Positions 26,410-36,686 of a DNA stretch of 53,987 nt are shown here, piece by piece. A program made the translations under genes and the position numbers. This DNA is from a virus (Duplodnaviria; Caudoviricetes): positions 1 through 53,987 of IMG/VR virus record IMGVR_UViG_3300035015_000011; one strand, given 5' to 3'. Within the stretch, counting starts at the first letter, position 1; every line of letters starts with the position of its first letter. The notes beneath the pieces are model-generated. The model searched no databases. It was not told the DNA's origin and was given only the letters and a program-made list of their open reading frames with translations.

Positions 26410-27330
26410 ATGAGCTTTCGATTTGCCCAGATCGCACAGCGGCTGTTCGACACGCCGCTGATGTATGACGCGCGCAAGGCGGAAGCCTTCCTGCATGGAC
26501 TTGGCAGCCGCATTGCGGGCGACACCATCGTGATCGCCAACCCGGAAGGCGCGGTCGATCACGTCGCCGGGGCCAATGGCCGGCCGCTTGCCGGCAAGAT
26601 CGGTGGACGTATCGAGCGGGCCTATACGCGCGCCAACATGCTGCCGTTCGACATGGTCGACAATGTCGCGATCATTCCCGTGGAGGGGAGCCTCGTGCAC
26701 AAGGGTGCCTGGCTTGGCAACTCTTCGGGCGAGACATCCTATCAGGGGCTGCAGGCGCAGATCGCGGTGGCGCGCAAGTCGAACCAGGTGAAGGGCGTTG
26801 TCTTAGAATATGACAGCTATGGCGGCGAGGTGAATGGCGGCTTTGAGACCGCGCGCGACATTGCGCTGCTCTCGAAGGAAAAGCCGACGATCTCGATCCT
26901 GACCGACTGGGCCTATTCTGCCGGTTACCTTCTGGCGTCCCAGAGCCGGCAGATCGTCATGCCGCGATATGGCGGCACGGGTTCGATCGGCGTGATCATG
27001 ATCCATGCCGATTATTCGCAGCAGCTCGAAGACAACGGCATCAAGCTCACCATCATCCGCTCCGGCAAGAAGAAGGCCGATGGGAACCCCTTCGAACCGC
27101 TGAACTCGGAGGTGGCCGAGAAGTGGCAGGCCCAGGCCGATGTCATTCGGCAGGAGTTTGCTGCCGCCGTCGCGCAGGGTCGCAAAAACCGGATCACGAA
27201 GGCGAAAGCCCTTTCGACCGAGGCGGCCGTGTTCGATGCCGATGAGGCTATTGCCATGGGGCTTGCCGATGCAATCGGCGATCCGGTTGAGGCCTTCGAC
27301 ACCTTTGTCAGGGAAGTGAACCGGGGCTAA
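26410..27330 (+). CDS. S49 family head maturation protease
   Basis: DSYGGEV, AYSAGYLLAS, GSIGV motifs. Confidence 0.93.
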   Translation: MSFRFAQIAQRLFDTPLMYDARKAEAFLHGLGSRIAGDTIVIANPEGAVDHVAGANGRPLAGKIGGRIERAYTRANMLPFDMVDNVAIIPVEGSLVHKGAWLGNSSGETSYQGLQAQIAVARKSNQVKGVVLEYDSYGGEVNGGFETARDIALLSKEKPTISILTDWAYSAGYLLASQSRQIVMPRYGGTGSIGVIMIHADYSQQLEDNGIKLTIIRSGKKKADGNPFEPLNSEVAEKWQAQADVIRQEFAAAVAQGRKNRITKAKALSTEAAVFDADEAIAMGLADAIGDPVEAFDTFVREVNRG

Positions 27331-27347
27331 CCCCGAGGAGAAAAACC

Positions 27348-27953
27348 ATGACCAGTCTGTTCTCAGCCATCCGGAGCGCCGTGCGCTCGGGCACGGCGGA
27401 CCATGTCCTCGACCATGCCGAGGGTGAACCGGGTGCCACCGCACTCAATCCCGAAACGCCTCACCACGAGGCTACCACCGAAGGAGGCAACATGTCTGGA
27501 AACCAGACTGTAGCCGGTGCAGCGCAGGCTGCCACCGCAATCACCGCCGCCGTCGCCGCCGCCTCCGGTGGTGCCGACGGCTTCAAGACTGCCACGGAGC
27601 GCATGCAGGCGATCCTTGGCGCAGACGGCATCAAGGGCGATGGCAAACGCATGGCGGCTGCCCTCGACCTCGCCACCGCATCGCCGGACATGGCGGCAGA
27701 TGCCGTGGTCGCTTTCGTGACGGCGAATGTGCCGGCCAGCACGACGACGGCCTCTTCCGAACCCGCAGCAGCGGCTGCTGCGACCGCCCCAGCCGCTACC
27801 CAGCCGAAGCCCGCGGCCGGTGCCTACGAGGCATCGGTCCAGGCCGCCGCATCGCTCGCCATGCCGGGCGGTTCGTCCGCCCAGGCGAGCGGATCCCAGA
27901 TCAACCGTGACGCCATCTTCGCTGCGCGTCGCATCGCCCCGAAGGGAGTCTGA
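27348..27953 (+). CDS. Probable scaffolding protein
   Basis: Ala-rich low-complexity ORF between protease and decoration genes. Confidence 0.6.
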   Translation: MTSLFSAIRSAVRSGTADHVLDHAEGEPGATALNPETPHHEATTEGGNMSGNQTVAGAAQAATAITAAVAAASGGADGFKTATERMQAILGADGIKGDGKRMAAALDLATASPDMAADAVVAFVTANVPASTTTASSEPAAAAAATAPAATQPKPAAGAYEASVQAAASLAMPGGSSAQASGSQINRDAIFAARRIAPKGV

Positions 27954-27955
27954 TC

Positions 27956-28612
27956 ATGCCCACGACTTTCACCGAAACCCCGCGTGATCTGGCGTTCCTT
28001 CTTTCTGAAGCGAACGGCATGCTTTCGCGTGAAGCGATCACCATCCTGTCCGGCGAGGGCAAACTCTCCGCCGGGACCGTGCTTGGCAAGATCCTTTACG
28101 GTGCCGCCACCGCCGCTGCCAAGAGCGGCGGCAACACGGGCAACGGCACCATCAGTGCCGTCACCGTGATCGGCGGCTCCGGTGCCAAGACCGGTGTCTA
28201 CAAGCTGCGCTTCACGGCGGCCACGACGTGGAACCTCGTCGACCCTGATGGTTTCGAGGTTGGGTCCGGCGTCAATGGCGCGGCCAATGCCAATGATCTC
28301 GCTTTCACCACCACGGCAGGCGGTACCCCCTTCGTAGCCGGCGACGGCTTCGACATCACCGTGGCAGCCGGGAGCGGCAAGTATGTCGCCAGCCCGAATG
28401 CGCTCACCGCCGGCAAGGAAGGCGCGGAAATCGCCTGCGCTGTTCTCGCCTACGAGACCGATGCGACCTCGGCCGATGCCACGGCTGTGGCGATCACCAA
28501 CGACGCCGAAGTCAAGACGCTGATGCTGGTCTATGCGGCCAGCGTCAACGACTCCACGAAGAAGGCCGCGAAGCTGACCCAGCTCCGCGCCGTCACCATC
28601 AAGGCACGATAA
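27956..28612 (+). CDS. Head decoration protein (gpD-like, with inserted domain)
   Basis: FLLSEANG.LSRE...AGTVLGKI...A.AVL pattern; upstream of the capsid gene. Confidence 0.85.
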   Translation: MPTTFTETPRDLAFLLSEANGMLSREAITILSGEGKLSAGTVLGKILYGAATAAAKSGGNTGNGTISAVTVIGGSGAKTGVYKLRFTAATTWNLVDPDGFEVGSGVNGAANANDLAFTTTAGGTPFVAGDGFDITVAAGSGKYVASPNALTAGKEGAEIACAVLAYETDATSADATAVAITNDAEVKTLMLVYAASVNDSTKKAAKLTQLRAVTIKAR

Positions 28613-28623
28613 GGAGAACGATC

Positions 28624-29634
28624 ATGCCCGCACCGAATGTCCACGATGCCGATCCGTTCAGCCTTGAAAGCCTGACGGCGGCGATCAATGCCGTGCCCTA
28701 CCGGCCCGGTCAGGTCAGCGCTTCCGGGATTTTTCAGGAAGACAGTGTCTCGACGACCGTCATCTCGATCGAGCAGCGCGACGGCAAGCTGTCGCTGATC
28801 GAACCGTCGCCGCGCGGCGGCCCCGGCGAAACGACCGATGACGAGACCCGCAAGAAGATCCCGTTCAACGTCCCGCACTACCAGCGCGACGATACGGTCT
28901 ATGCCGACGAGGTCCAGGGTGTCCGCGAATTCGGCACCGAAAACGCTGCCGAAACGGTGATCAATCGCGTCAACCGCAAGGCCCAGCGCCATGCGCAGGA
29001 TCTGACGATGACGCTGGAACACCAGCGCGTCGGAGCGCTGAAGGGGATCGTCCTCTCCAAGTCCGGCGGCACGCTTCTCAATCTCTACAACGCCTTCGGC
29101 GTCGCAGTTCCGGCCGATGTTTCGCTGGAACTCGATGTGACCACGACCAACGTCATGTCCCTCTGGCAGGACGTGATCTATTCGATCGAGGATGCGCTCG
29201 ACGAAACCTATTCCGGCATCCATGTGTTCACGGGCCGTGACTTCCACAAGGCGCTCTGGCAGCACAAGTCAGTCACCGACACCTTCCTGTATCACAGTGG
29301 TGCCGAAGTTCTCCGCAGCGACGTCCCCGACACCTTCACCTGGGGCAATGCGACTTGGGAGCGGTATCGGACCGGGGCGAAGGCCACCGCCGATCTCGGC
29401 TCTCCCTACATCGCGGCCAACGAAGCCCGCGTTGCGATCCTGGGTGTCGATGACCTCTACATCACCCGGTTTGCGCCCGCCGACTACAACGAGACGGTTA
29501 ACACGCTGGGTCTCCCGTTCTACGCCAAGGCGATCGCGAAGTCGAACGACAAGGGTTACGACCTCGAAGTCCAGTCCAACCCGATCTCGATCTGCACCCG
29601 CCCGCAGGTCCTGCGCAAGCTGACGCTGACCTGA
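28624..29634 (+). CDS. Major capsid protein, lambda gpE family
   Basis: FSLESLTAAIN..PY.PG, ADEVQGVREFG, TLEHQRVGALKG, QSNPISICTRP. Confidence 0.95.
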   Translation: MPAPNVHDADPFSLESLTAAINAVPYRPGQVSASGIFQEDSVSTTVISIEQRDGKLSLIEPSPRGGPGETTDDETRKKIPFNVPHYQRDDTVYADEVQGVREFGTENAAETVINRVNRKAQRHAQDLTMTLEHQRVGALKGIVLSKSGGTLLNLYNAFGVAVPADVSLELDVTTTNVMSLWQDVIYSIEDALDETYSGIHVFTGRDFHKALWQHKSVTDTFLYHSGAEVLRSDVPDTFTWGNATWERYRTGAKATADLGSPYIAANEARVAILGVDDLYITRFAPADYNETVNTLGLPFYAKAIAKSNDKGYDLEVQSNPISICTRPQVLRKLTLT

Positions 29635-29659
29635 GGCCGCGTTCCCTCTGGTCGACGCC

Positions 29660-29694
29660 GGAAGCCGGTCGTTTCTTCGGAATGGCCGGCTTCC
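29660..29694 (+). terminator. Stem-loop after the major capsid gene
   Basis: GGAAGCCGGTCGTTT-CTTCG-GAATGGCCGGCTTCC followed by TGTTCT. Confidence 0.6.
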
Positions 29695-29747
29695 TGTTCT
29701 CCAGCCGGAGCCTTCCGCTCCCGCTCGGCAACAGGAAGGATTTCACG

Positions 29748-30188
29748 ATGTCCGACAAGACGATTTCCATCATCTTTCCGCAGGGCGGAATCATCCCGGC
29801 TTCCATCATGAAGGCGGACAAGGATGTTCATGTCGACGCGCATGTGCCTGTCACGGTGCCGGAGCGCTACGGCCGTCATTTGATCGACGATCGCTTCGCG
29901 GTTGAGGTGCCGGCTGCCAAGGCCGAAGAGCCGAAGCCGGTCAAGAAGACTGCTGCGGAGAAGGCCGCCGAGAAGGCGGCGGCGGAAGAAGCTGCGCGGC
30001 TGGCCGCCGAGCAGGCTGCTGCGGACAAGGTGGCGGCCGAGAAGGCTGCCCAGATCGCTGCGGCCGAGAAGGCACTCGACGAGGCCAAGGCGCTGCTCGC
30101 CACCAGTGGCGCCGACCTGGTGGCGAAGGGTGAGGCGGAGCAGATGGTGGCGGCTGCCGAGGCGGCGCTGGCTGCGCTGCAGGCCTGA
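29748..30188 (+). CDS. Hypothetical head-associated protein (gpFI position), Ala/Lys/Glu-rich
   Basis: AGGAAGGA RBS; helical low-complexity tail. Confidence 0.7.
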   Translation: MSDKTISIIFPQGGIIPASIMKADKDVHVDAHVPVTVPERYGRHLIDDRFAVEVPAAKAEEPKPVKKTAAEKAAEKAAAEEAARLAAEQAAADKVAAEKAAQIAAAEKALDEAKALLATSGADLVAKGEAEQMVAAAEAALAALQA

Positions 30189-30191
30189 CCG

Positions 30192-30596
30192 ATGGTCGAC
30201 TGGGATGGCGCTCGGGCGCTGATGGAGGAGACGGTGGCCGGCGTGTTCGACACGACGGTACTCGATCTCATTCCGGTCACGCAGGGCGTCTCCGTCAATT
30301 CCCTGCGGCAGCAGGACCCATCGCGGCCAGTCCAGCGCGTGATGGGCAGCATCCATCTGGAGCCGCCCAGCGACCGCGTCAGCCGCTTCCCGCCGGGTGA
30401 TCCCGGTGCAGGACGCACCGTCAGCTACGAGGCCGTGATGACGGCACGGGTCACGGACTGGGTCTGGATCCCGAAAAAGGACGACAAGGTGATCGACGTG
30501 GCGAAGTCCGAGGCCTGGCAGGTCGAGGCGCGCGAAAGCGACGGATCGAGCCGGATCGCCTTCTATCTGTCGAGGGCTCGCCATGTTGGCGGCTGA
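30192..30596 (+). CDS. Head-tail joining protein (gpFII position)
   Basis: Synteny and size; beta-rich C-terminus. Confidence 0.6.
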   Translation: MVDWDGARALMEETVAGVFDTTVLDLIPVTQGVSVNSLRQQDPSRPVQRVMGSIHLEPPSDRVSRFPPGDPGAGRTVSYEAVMTARVTDWVWIPKKDDKVIDVAKSEAWQVEARESDGSSRIAFYLSRARHVGG

Positions 30597-31326
30597 AGCG
30601 GTCCGACTGGTCGCGATAGAGATCCTGTCGCCGACGGCGGCGAATCTTGCGGGCACCGGCTTTCCGACACTTGCGGGCCCGCGGGTGTTCGACAGCCGGG
30701 CCGCCTCGCTCGACGAGATCGACCGCTCGAAGGACTACACGCCGGTAATCTCGGTCTATACCCGGCGAAGCACGACCGCACCGCGCGGGCCGGCCAGCAG
30801 TTTCGTCGACTTCGAAGCCTCGACGGTCCTCGAAGTTGTAGCCGAGCTCGCCGTCGTGGCACGCGATGTCGATACGATCCCGGGGCAGAACCCGGAATAT
30901 GTCGATGCGATGGCCGACGGCGACCCGGCGGCGCGGCTGGTGCTCGGCGCGCTGGGTGGGCAGATACGTTTCCTCCTGACGCGCAGCGCCAAGGGGGCTC
31001 CCTGGCGGCAGCTGGTTCGGCAGGTCAACAGCTTCACGGTCGAGACTTTTGCTGTTCCGGAATTCGGTCTTCGCTTCCAGCGTCAGTCGCTCGTCTTCGA
31101 TCTTTCGATCCAGGACGATGATTTCCTCACCTCGTCCAACGGGCTTCCGGAGCCGCTGCGCTCGGTGGCCGCGAACCTGCCTGACGGCAGCTATGCCAAG
31201 GGCAAGCTCGCCGAGCTCGCCGGCCACTTCCTGGCGGAAACGCCGGATGCGCTCACCGAAATCGCCGGCACGATAGGTCTGCCGGGCTCCGAAGAGCTGA
31301 CCGGTGGCTGGTCGTCCGGCACCTGA
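30583..31326 (+). CDS. Putative neck / tail terminator protein
   Basis: Synteny; PTLAGPRVFDSR...PVISVYT pattern. Confidence 0.6.
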   Translation: MLAAEAVRLVAIEILSPTAANLAGTGFPTLAGPRVFDSRAASLDEIDRSKDYTPVISVYTRRSTTAPRGPASSFVDFEASTVLEVVAELAVVARDVDTIPGQNPEYVDAMADGDPAARLVLGALGGQIRFLLTRSAKGAPWRQLVRQVNSFTVETFAVPEFGLRFQRQSLVFDLSIQDDDFLTSSNGLPEPLRSVAANLPDGSYAKGKLAELAGHFLAETPDALTEIAGTIGLPGSEELTGGWSSGT

Positions 31327-31339
31327 ACCAGAGGACAAG

Positions 31340-31540
31340 ATGTCAAAACTCTATGTGGCCGCTCCCGGCCGCACGATCCCCGGCGGCTGGCCGGAGGCGG
31401 GTCGCGCGATCGACGAGCTTTCCAGGATGCATCGCCGCTTCATTCAGGACGGCGACCTGATCGAAAAGCCGGACGCTCCGGCACGGACCAAACGGCCGGC
31501 GAGCCCGGACCTGAAGAAGGAGAATACCCATGGCGAGTAA
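31340..31540 (+). CDS. DUF2635 (Mu gp38-like) small protein
   Basis: APGR...P..G...RRFIQDGDL directly before the sheath gene. Confidence 0.7.
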   Translation: MSKLYVAAPGRTIPGGWPEAGRAIDELSRMHRRFIQDGDLIEKPDAPARTKRPASPDLKKENTHGE

Positions 31541-33017
31541 CATTCCTTCCGGCGTCGTGGCGCCACTGCTGGCCTTCGACGTCGAGAGCGGCGGACAGTT
31601 CCAGTCCGAGACGCGCATGATCCTGCTCGGCCATGGCACCAGCGCCGGCACGCTCGCCGATGGTGCCATCGCGCTTTGCGGCTCCGTCTACCAGGCGCGG
31701 GCGCTGGCCGGGCGTGGCTCGATGCTGGAAAGCATGTTCATCCGGGCACGGCGCAACGCCTCGGCGCAGGAAATCTGGCTCGGGCGCGTTGCGGAAGCGG
31801 CCTCGGCGCAGATCCGCACCATCACCGTCGGCACGCCGCCGGCTGCCGGCGGGCAAGGGGTTCTCTCGATCGCCGGCGAAGACATCGCGGTCAACATTGC
31901 GGCGGGTGACAATGCCGCGACCGTGGCCGCTGCCCTTTCTGCTGCGATCAATGCCTATTTCAACCCGATCACCAAGATCTCGCTGCCGTTCACCGCGACG
32001 GTCGCCAGCAACGTCGTCTCGATTACCGCGCGCCACAAGGGCACCTATGCGGCGGGCATCGACGTGCATGTTCCGCTGCTGGAAGGATCGAACGCCTTTA
32101 CCGGTCTCTTCACCTTCGCAGTGGGGACGGCGGGCGCCGGCACGCCGGATGTCGCTGCCGTTCTCGCGTCCATGGGCGACGATGTCTTCGAGATCGTGGT
32201 CTCGGCCTTCGGTGACGATTCCAACCGGCTGAAGCTGGACACGCTGCACAGCAACACCTCCGGGCGCTGGTCCTACCTCGAGCAGCTCTATGGACATGTC
32301 TTCTATCCGCGGACGGATACGGTGGCGAACCTCGCCGTGGCGGGCCTGGCGCGCGACAGCTGGCATCTGACGCTCATGCCGCTGATGCCGGCGGCTGCCG
32401 GCATGGCACGCCCTGACTATGAGTTCGTGGCGGCCGTCGTCGCGCGTGTCGCACCGTTCTTCGACGGTGGGTCGAACGGCCTCGTCTCGGTCAACCAGTC
32501 CGGTCTCGATGTCGTCGACATGATCGCGCCGCGCGATCGGAACTACTGGCCCGACTATGCGACCCGCGACAGCCTGCTGAAGAATGGTGTTTCGACCTGG
32601 AAGGTGGACCGTTCCGGAAACATCCTGATCGACAAGATCATCACCCAGCAGCAGACGACGAACGGCGTGCCGGATACAGCGCTGCGCGACATCCAGGCGG
32701 TCTACCAGATCACCTATGCGCTGAAGTACTTCCGGGCCCAGCTTGCCTATGAGCACTCGAACAAGGCAATCGTCGACGACAACCCGGCGAACCTCGATGC
32801 GCTGCGCACGGTGAAGGACATCCGGGCGACGCTGGTCAATTCGACGATCGAGCTGCAGCAGCGCGGTGTGCTGGAGGCGTCCAACGCCGTGCTGGACGAG
32901 ATCTCGGTGACGCGCAACGCGGACAATCCCAACCGCGTCGACATCATCCTGCCGATGGACCGGGCGAACCCGCTCGACATCTTCGCCGGTCTCGCCCGCG
33001 TCTACGCCGAGACCTGA
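31530..33017 (+). CDS. Tail sheath protein, Mu gpL-like
   Basis: GRGSML, TARHKG, GRWS..EQLYGH, LLKNGVST, NPNRVD; 495 aa. Confidence 0.92.
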   Translation: MASNIPSGVVAPLLAFDVESGGQFQSETRMILLGHGTSAGTLADGAIALCGSVYQARALAGRGSMLESMFIRARRNASAQEIWLGRVAEAASAQIRTITVGTPPAAGGQGVLSIAGEDIAVNIAAGDNAATVAAALSAAINAYFNPITKISLPFTATVASNVVSITARHKGTYAAGIDVHVPLLEGSNAFTGLFTFAVGTAGAGTPDVAAVLASMGDDVFEIVVSAFGDDSNRLKLDTLHSNTSGRWSYLEQLYGHVFYPRTDTVANLAVAGLARDSWHLTLMPLMPAAAGMARPDYEFVAAVVARVAPFFDGGSNGLVSVNQSGLDVVDMIAPRDRNYWPDYATRDSLLKNGVSTWKVDRSGNILIDKIITQQQTTNGVPDTALRDIQAVYQITYALKYFRAQLAYEHSNKAIVDDNPANLDALRTVKDIRATLVNSTIELQQRGVLEASNAVLDEISVTRNADNPNRVDIILPMDRANPLDIFAGLARVYAET

Positions 33018-33086
33018 GGCATTCCGCTTCTCGTGACGGGCTGATGCCCGTCGCCTTCCTTTCCAGCCATCTCAGGAGCACCCATC

Positions 33087-33461
33087 ATGGCAGGCAATGA
33101 TTTCGGCGGGCGCATGTCTGTCCGCACGTCGAGCGGCTCGACGATCTCGTTTCGCGGCACCTTCAACGTCATGCCCTCCCGGCAGAGCGTTGAAGCCATC
33201 ACCAACCAGGACGGCTCGACCGATCGCGTTTCGACGCCGGTTTCGCCGAGCGCCGAGCTGACCTTCAAGGATGCGGGCGACAACCTTCCGGCGATCATGG
33301 AAGCCCCGCGGCAGAACGTGGTCGTGACCGAGGAGGCGACCGGTGTCCAGCACCATTTCATCAGCGCCTTCTTCTCCGGTCAGCCGAATATCAACCGGAT
33401 CAATGGTGAGGTCAGCGGTCTTTCGATCGTTGCTGAGACCTATCGCCGGACGGGTGGCTGA
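33087..33461 (+). CDS. Tail tube protein
   Basis: 124 aa directly after the sheath, as in Mu. Confidence 0.8.
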   Translation: MAGNDFGGRMSVRTSSGSTISFRGTFNVMPSRQSVEAITNQDGSTDRVSTPVSPSAELTFKDAGDNLPAIMEAPRQNVVVTEEATGVQHHFISAFFSGQPNINRINGEVSGLSIVAETYRRTGG

Positions 33462-33463
33462 TC

Positions 33464-33829
33464 GTGGCGAATACGGAAGTCACGCTGACCAAGACCTATG
33501 AGATGCCGGGCGCGGTCCTTTTCAGCAAAATCGTGCTGCGCGAGCCGCGCTATGAGGACATCTTTCCCTCGGGGCTCGGCATGCCGATGGAGGTGCAGCC
33601 GGGGCCGCAGGGGAGCCGTATGATCGTTGCCTATCCGGTCACGGTCGACGCCTATCTGCAGAAGCTTGTGGTGTCGCCCGGCTATGATGCGGTGCGCATG
33701 CTCGGCGCGCTCGATGCCATCCGGCTTGAAAAGGCCGTCTGCGGTTTTTTCATGGATGCGGCGGACTCGAGTTCGCCGCAGACCTCCTCGTCTTCCGCTT
33801 CGGATGGGACGCAACCCGCGTCCAGCTGA
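33464..33829 (+). CDS. Tail assembly chaperone (G); -1 frameshift extension to 33894
   Basis: LREP motif; slippery GGTTTTTT at 33743-33750; the -1 frame encodes ADLLVFRFGW...MTISEIVWWYGRA. Confidence 0.85.
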   Translation: MANTEVTLTKTYEMPGAVLFSKIVLREPRYEDIFPSGLGMPMEVQPGPQGSRMIVAYPVTVDAYLQKLVVSPGYDAVRMLGALDAIRLEKAVCGFFMDAADSSSPQTSSSSASDGTQPASS

Positions 33830-33890
33830 TGACCATCAGTGAAATCGTTTGGTGGTATGGTCGCGCCATGGCGCTTCTCAAGGATAAGAC

Positions 33891-35594
33891 ATGACCCGTG
33901 AAGTCGAAGCCCGGCTGAAGATCTCGGCGCGTGATGCGACCGGGCGCACCTTTGGTGCGATCGCCGGGAAGCTCGGTGAGATCGACAAGCGGGCAGCAGC
34001 CTTCAATCGGCGCCAGAGCGTGATGGCGCGCCAGGCGCAGGAGATGTTTGGCGTGATCTCGCGCTATGCTGCGCCCGCTGTGCTGGCCTATGCAGCCAAG
34101 GAGGCTCTGCTCGACTTTGCGGCTCTTGAGCGTCAGATGACACGCATCGGGATCACTGCCGGTTCCAGTGCAGAGCAGACGGCGCAAGCCTTCGAGCAGG
34201 TGCAGCAGGTGTCGAAGGACATGAACTTCGACGGCGTGCAGCCGGCGATCGAGGCTCTCGACACGTTGGTCGCGTCGGGCAAAAGCCTTGAAGAGGCCAT
34301 GGCTTTCCTGCCTTCGGTGCTTGCTACTGCGCAGGCCTCGGGTGCTGCGACCGCAGACATTGCAAACACTGGCCTCAAGGCTGCCTCGGCGCTCAAGATC
34401 GAGACCAGCGAGCTGCAGCGCGCCTTTGATATCATGGTCACCGGCGGCAAGGCGGGCCAGTTCGAACTCAAGGACATGGCGCGGGAGATCCCGGGGCTTG
34501 CCAACAGTTTTGCGACACTCGGCTATGAGGGCGAGGAAGGGCTGAAACGTCTCGTCGCGATCCTGCAGACGATACGCGAAGACACTGGCGACGCGTCCTC
34601 GGCTGCGACACAGGCGCAGAACATTTTCGGCAAGATGCTGTCAGGCGACACCATCAGGAAGTTCTCCGATTTCGGCATCGATCTCCGCAAGGAAATGGAG
34701 GCGGCACGGAAAACCGGCGAAGATGCCGTGTCTGCTTTTGTCCGGCTGTCCAAAGAGGCCGTCGACGGTGACTACACAAAGCTGCCGCTGCTGTTTACCG
34801 ACCAGGAATTCCGGCTCGGCATGCAGTCGCTGATGACCAGCGCGGAAAGCCTGGAGAAGTTTCTCAAGGTCATGAACTCAGCCGAGGTGGACGGCACGGT
34901 TTTCCGTGACGTCAATCGTGTCATGTCGGATACGCAGGCCTCGATCGACCGAATGTCCAACAGCTGGGAAAGGCTGAAGACGTCGCTGGGCGGTGCAATT
35001 GCGCCGATTGCGGCGCCTGCCATGGATGCCGTGAGTTCTGACCTCGACAAGGGCGGCGCAATCCGCAGAGGCTTGCAAAAGCAGGGCATGAGCAGCTTCT
35101 TTGATCGTGAAGCGTGGATGCTCAGGGAAATGCCTTTAGGTGCCTTTTCCAGTTCGCGCGATGCCGATCGCATGGCCATGGCCGGCGGCTACCGGGATCG
35201 CGACTTTCTGCTGGATTACCGGGCGGGCACCGAAGCGAACAAGGACGACGCCTTCAATGTGCCTCAGACCCGGGCCCAGCGCCGCGCGCTGCTCAAGGCT
35301 GCGGATCCTGAAGCGATCGGCATGGCCGGCATGGGCGGCACGCTGATCGAGGATGCGAGCCGGGCGGGCGACGAAATCAAGACTCGCAGCGAAGAGGCCG
35401 GCAACAATCTGGCCAAGGGTGGCGAGCAGGCGGCATCTGCCATGGAGCGGGCGGCGCAGGCGATCCTCAGTGCCGCCACGGCGATCTCGCGGCTCGGCAA
35501 TTTCTCAGGCGGCGGTGGCACGGGCGTGAATGCCAATACGGGCCGCAGCATGCCGGCGGCTGCCGGTCGGCCTGCCGGGACCGGGCGGCAGTAA
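33891..35594 (+). CDS. Tape measure protein
   Basis: Ala-rich helical protein; GKAGQFELKDMA motif; position after the chaperones. Confidence 0.9.
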   Translation: MTREVEARLKISARDATGRTFGAIAGKLGEIDKRAAAFNRRQSVMARQAQEMFGVISRYAAPAVLAYAAKEALLDFAALERQMTRIGITAGSSAEQTAQAFEQVQQVSKDMNFDGVQPAIEALDTLVASGKSLEEAMAFLPSVLATAQASGAATADIANTGLKAASALKIETSELQRAFDIMVTGGKAGQFELKDMAREIPGLANSFATLGYEGEEGLKRLVAILQTIREDTGDASSAATQAQNIFGKMLSGDTIRKFSDFGIDLRKEMEAARKTGEDAVSAFVRLSKEAVDGDYTKLPLLFTDQEFRLGMQSLMTSAESLEKFLKVMNSAEVDGTVFRDVNRVMSDTQASIDRMSNSWERLKTSLGGAIAPIAAPAMDAVSSDLDKGGAIRRGLQKQGMSSFFDREAWMLREMPLGAFSSSRDADRMAMAGGYRDRDFLLDYRAGTEANKDDAFNVPQTRAQRRALLKAADPEAIGMAGMGGTLIEDASRAGDEIKTRSEEAGNNLAKGGEQAASAMERAAQAILSAATAISRLGNFSGGGGTGVNANTGRSMPAAAGRPAGTGRQ

Positions 35595-35603
35595 GGGGTT
35601 CAT

Positions 35604-36686
35604 ATGCGGAACTGGGCGGCGACGCTGCGCAAGGCGAGCTTTCGGGGCGTCGACTTCTATGTCGATGTCGACGATTTCGGCGGCGGCAAGCGGATTGCGC
35701 GGCATGAATATGCCGGGGGCGTGAACTACTATCTCGAAGAGATGGGCCACGCGATCCCGGCGATCAATGTCACGGCCTATCTGCTCGGCGACCAGAGCGA
35801 CGCTCAGGCGCTGTCTCTGCAGCGGGTATGTCTGGCGGCGGGGCCGGGGCGGCTGGTGCTGCCGATCGACAGCGGGCGGCTGGCGCGGATCGAGAATTTC
35901 AGCCGGGTGCGCGAGAAGGATCGCGCCGGCTTCATTGCCTTCGGCTTTACCGCCATTCCGGAATCGAGCCAGCCCGGCGGGGTGCTCGGCCTTGGTGACA
36001 TCAGGTCTGTTCTCACGGGCGGCATTGCTTCCGCCTTTCCGGCGCTGGCGTCGGTCTACGCCCAAATCGGCGATGTGATTGCGGTGGCGAACTGGATGTA
36101 TTCGGTGGGCTCGCTTGCCGTGTCCGATGCCATCGATCTTGCGCGGCTCGTCGACCTGACGCTCGCCTCGGGCGTCGATACCGTCGACAGCTTTTTCGGC
36201 ACGGCTCTGGAGGCCTCGCGGATCATCGGCGAAAGCGTCGTGACGCCTTCCGGCTTCGACAGCATCAAGCCGGCGCGCTTCGATGCCCGAGGCGCTGCCG
36301 ATCTGCATGCGCTGGTCGATGCCATCGTGACGGCTACGGCAGCGCCGCAGGTGGCCTGGATCTCCCGGCCGCAGGCGCGAGCAGCAAGGCAGGTAGTCGA
36401 GGGCAAGGGGGAAAAGGCGCTGGCCGTTCTCTCGGGCCTCGGGCCTGAGCATGTCGATCTCTATGTCGCGGTGTCGCGACTGGTCGAGACTTCGGTGCGC
36501 ATCGTTTCCGATCGGGCGGCGGATGCCGTTCCGGTGGTGCGGGTGGAAACGGGGATCTCGTTGCCGTCAACCGTGCTGGCCTACCAGCTCTATGGGGATG
36601 CAAAGCGCGCCGAGAGCCTGGTGGATATTGCCAGGGTCGGCGCGCCGATGCTGATGCCCGTTTCCTTCGAAGCTTTGGAAAGCTGA
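35604..36686 (+). CDS. DNA circularization protein N-like (Mu gp43)
   Basis: LRKASFRGVDF...HEY...EEMG; C-terminal LAYQLYGDAKRA. Confidence 0.9.
   Translation: MRNWAATLRKASFRGVDFYVDVDDFGGGKRIARHEYAGGVNYYLEEMGHAIPAINVTAYLLGDQSDAQALSLQRVCLAAGPGRLVLPIDSGRLARIENFSRVREKDRAGFIAFGFTAIPESSQPGGVLGLGDIRSVLTGGIASAFPALASVYAQIGDVIAVANWMYSVGSLAVSDAIDLARLVDLTLASGVDTVDSFFGTALEASRIIGESVVTPSGFDSIKPARFDARGAADLHALVDAIVTATAAPQVAWISRPQARAARQVVEGKGEKALAVLSGLGPEHVDLYVAVSRLVETSVRIVSDRAADAVPVVRVETGISLPSTVLAYQLYGDAKRAESLVDIARVGAPMLMPVSFEALES

Noticed and set aside
29940-30188. AAEKAA-type repeats as a tandem repeat element
   Set aside because: Ordinary low-complexity helical coding sequence.
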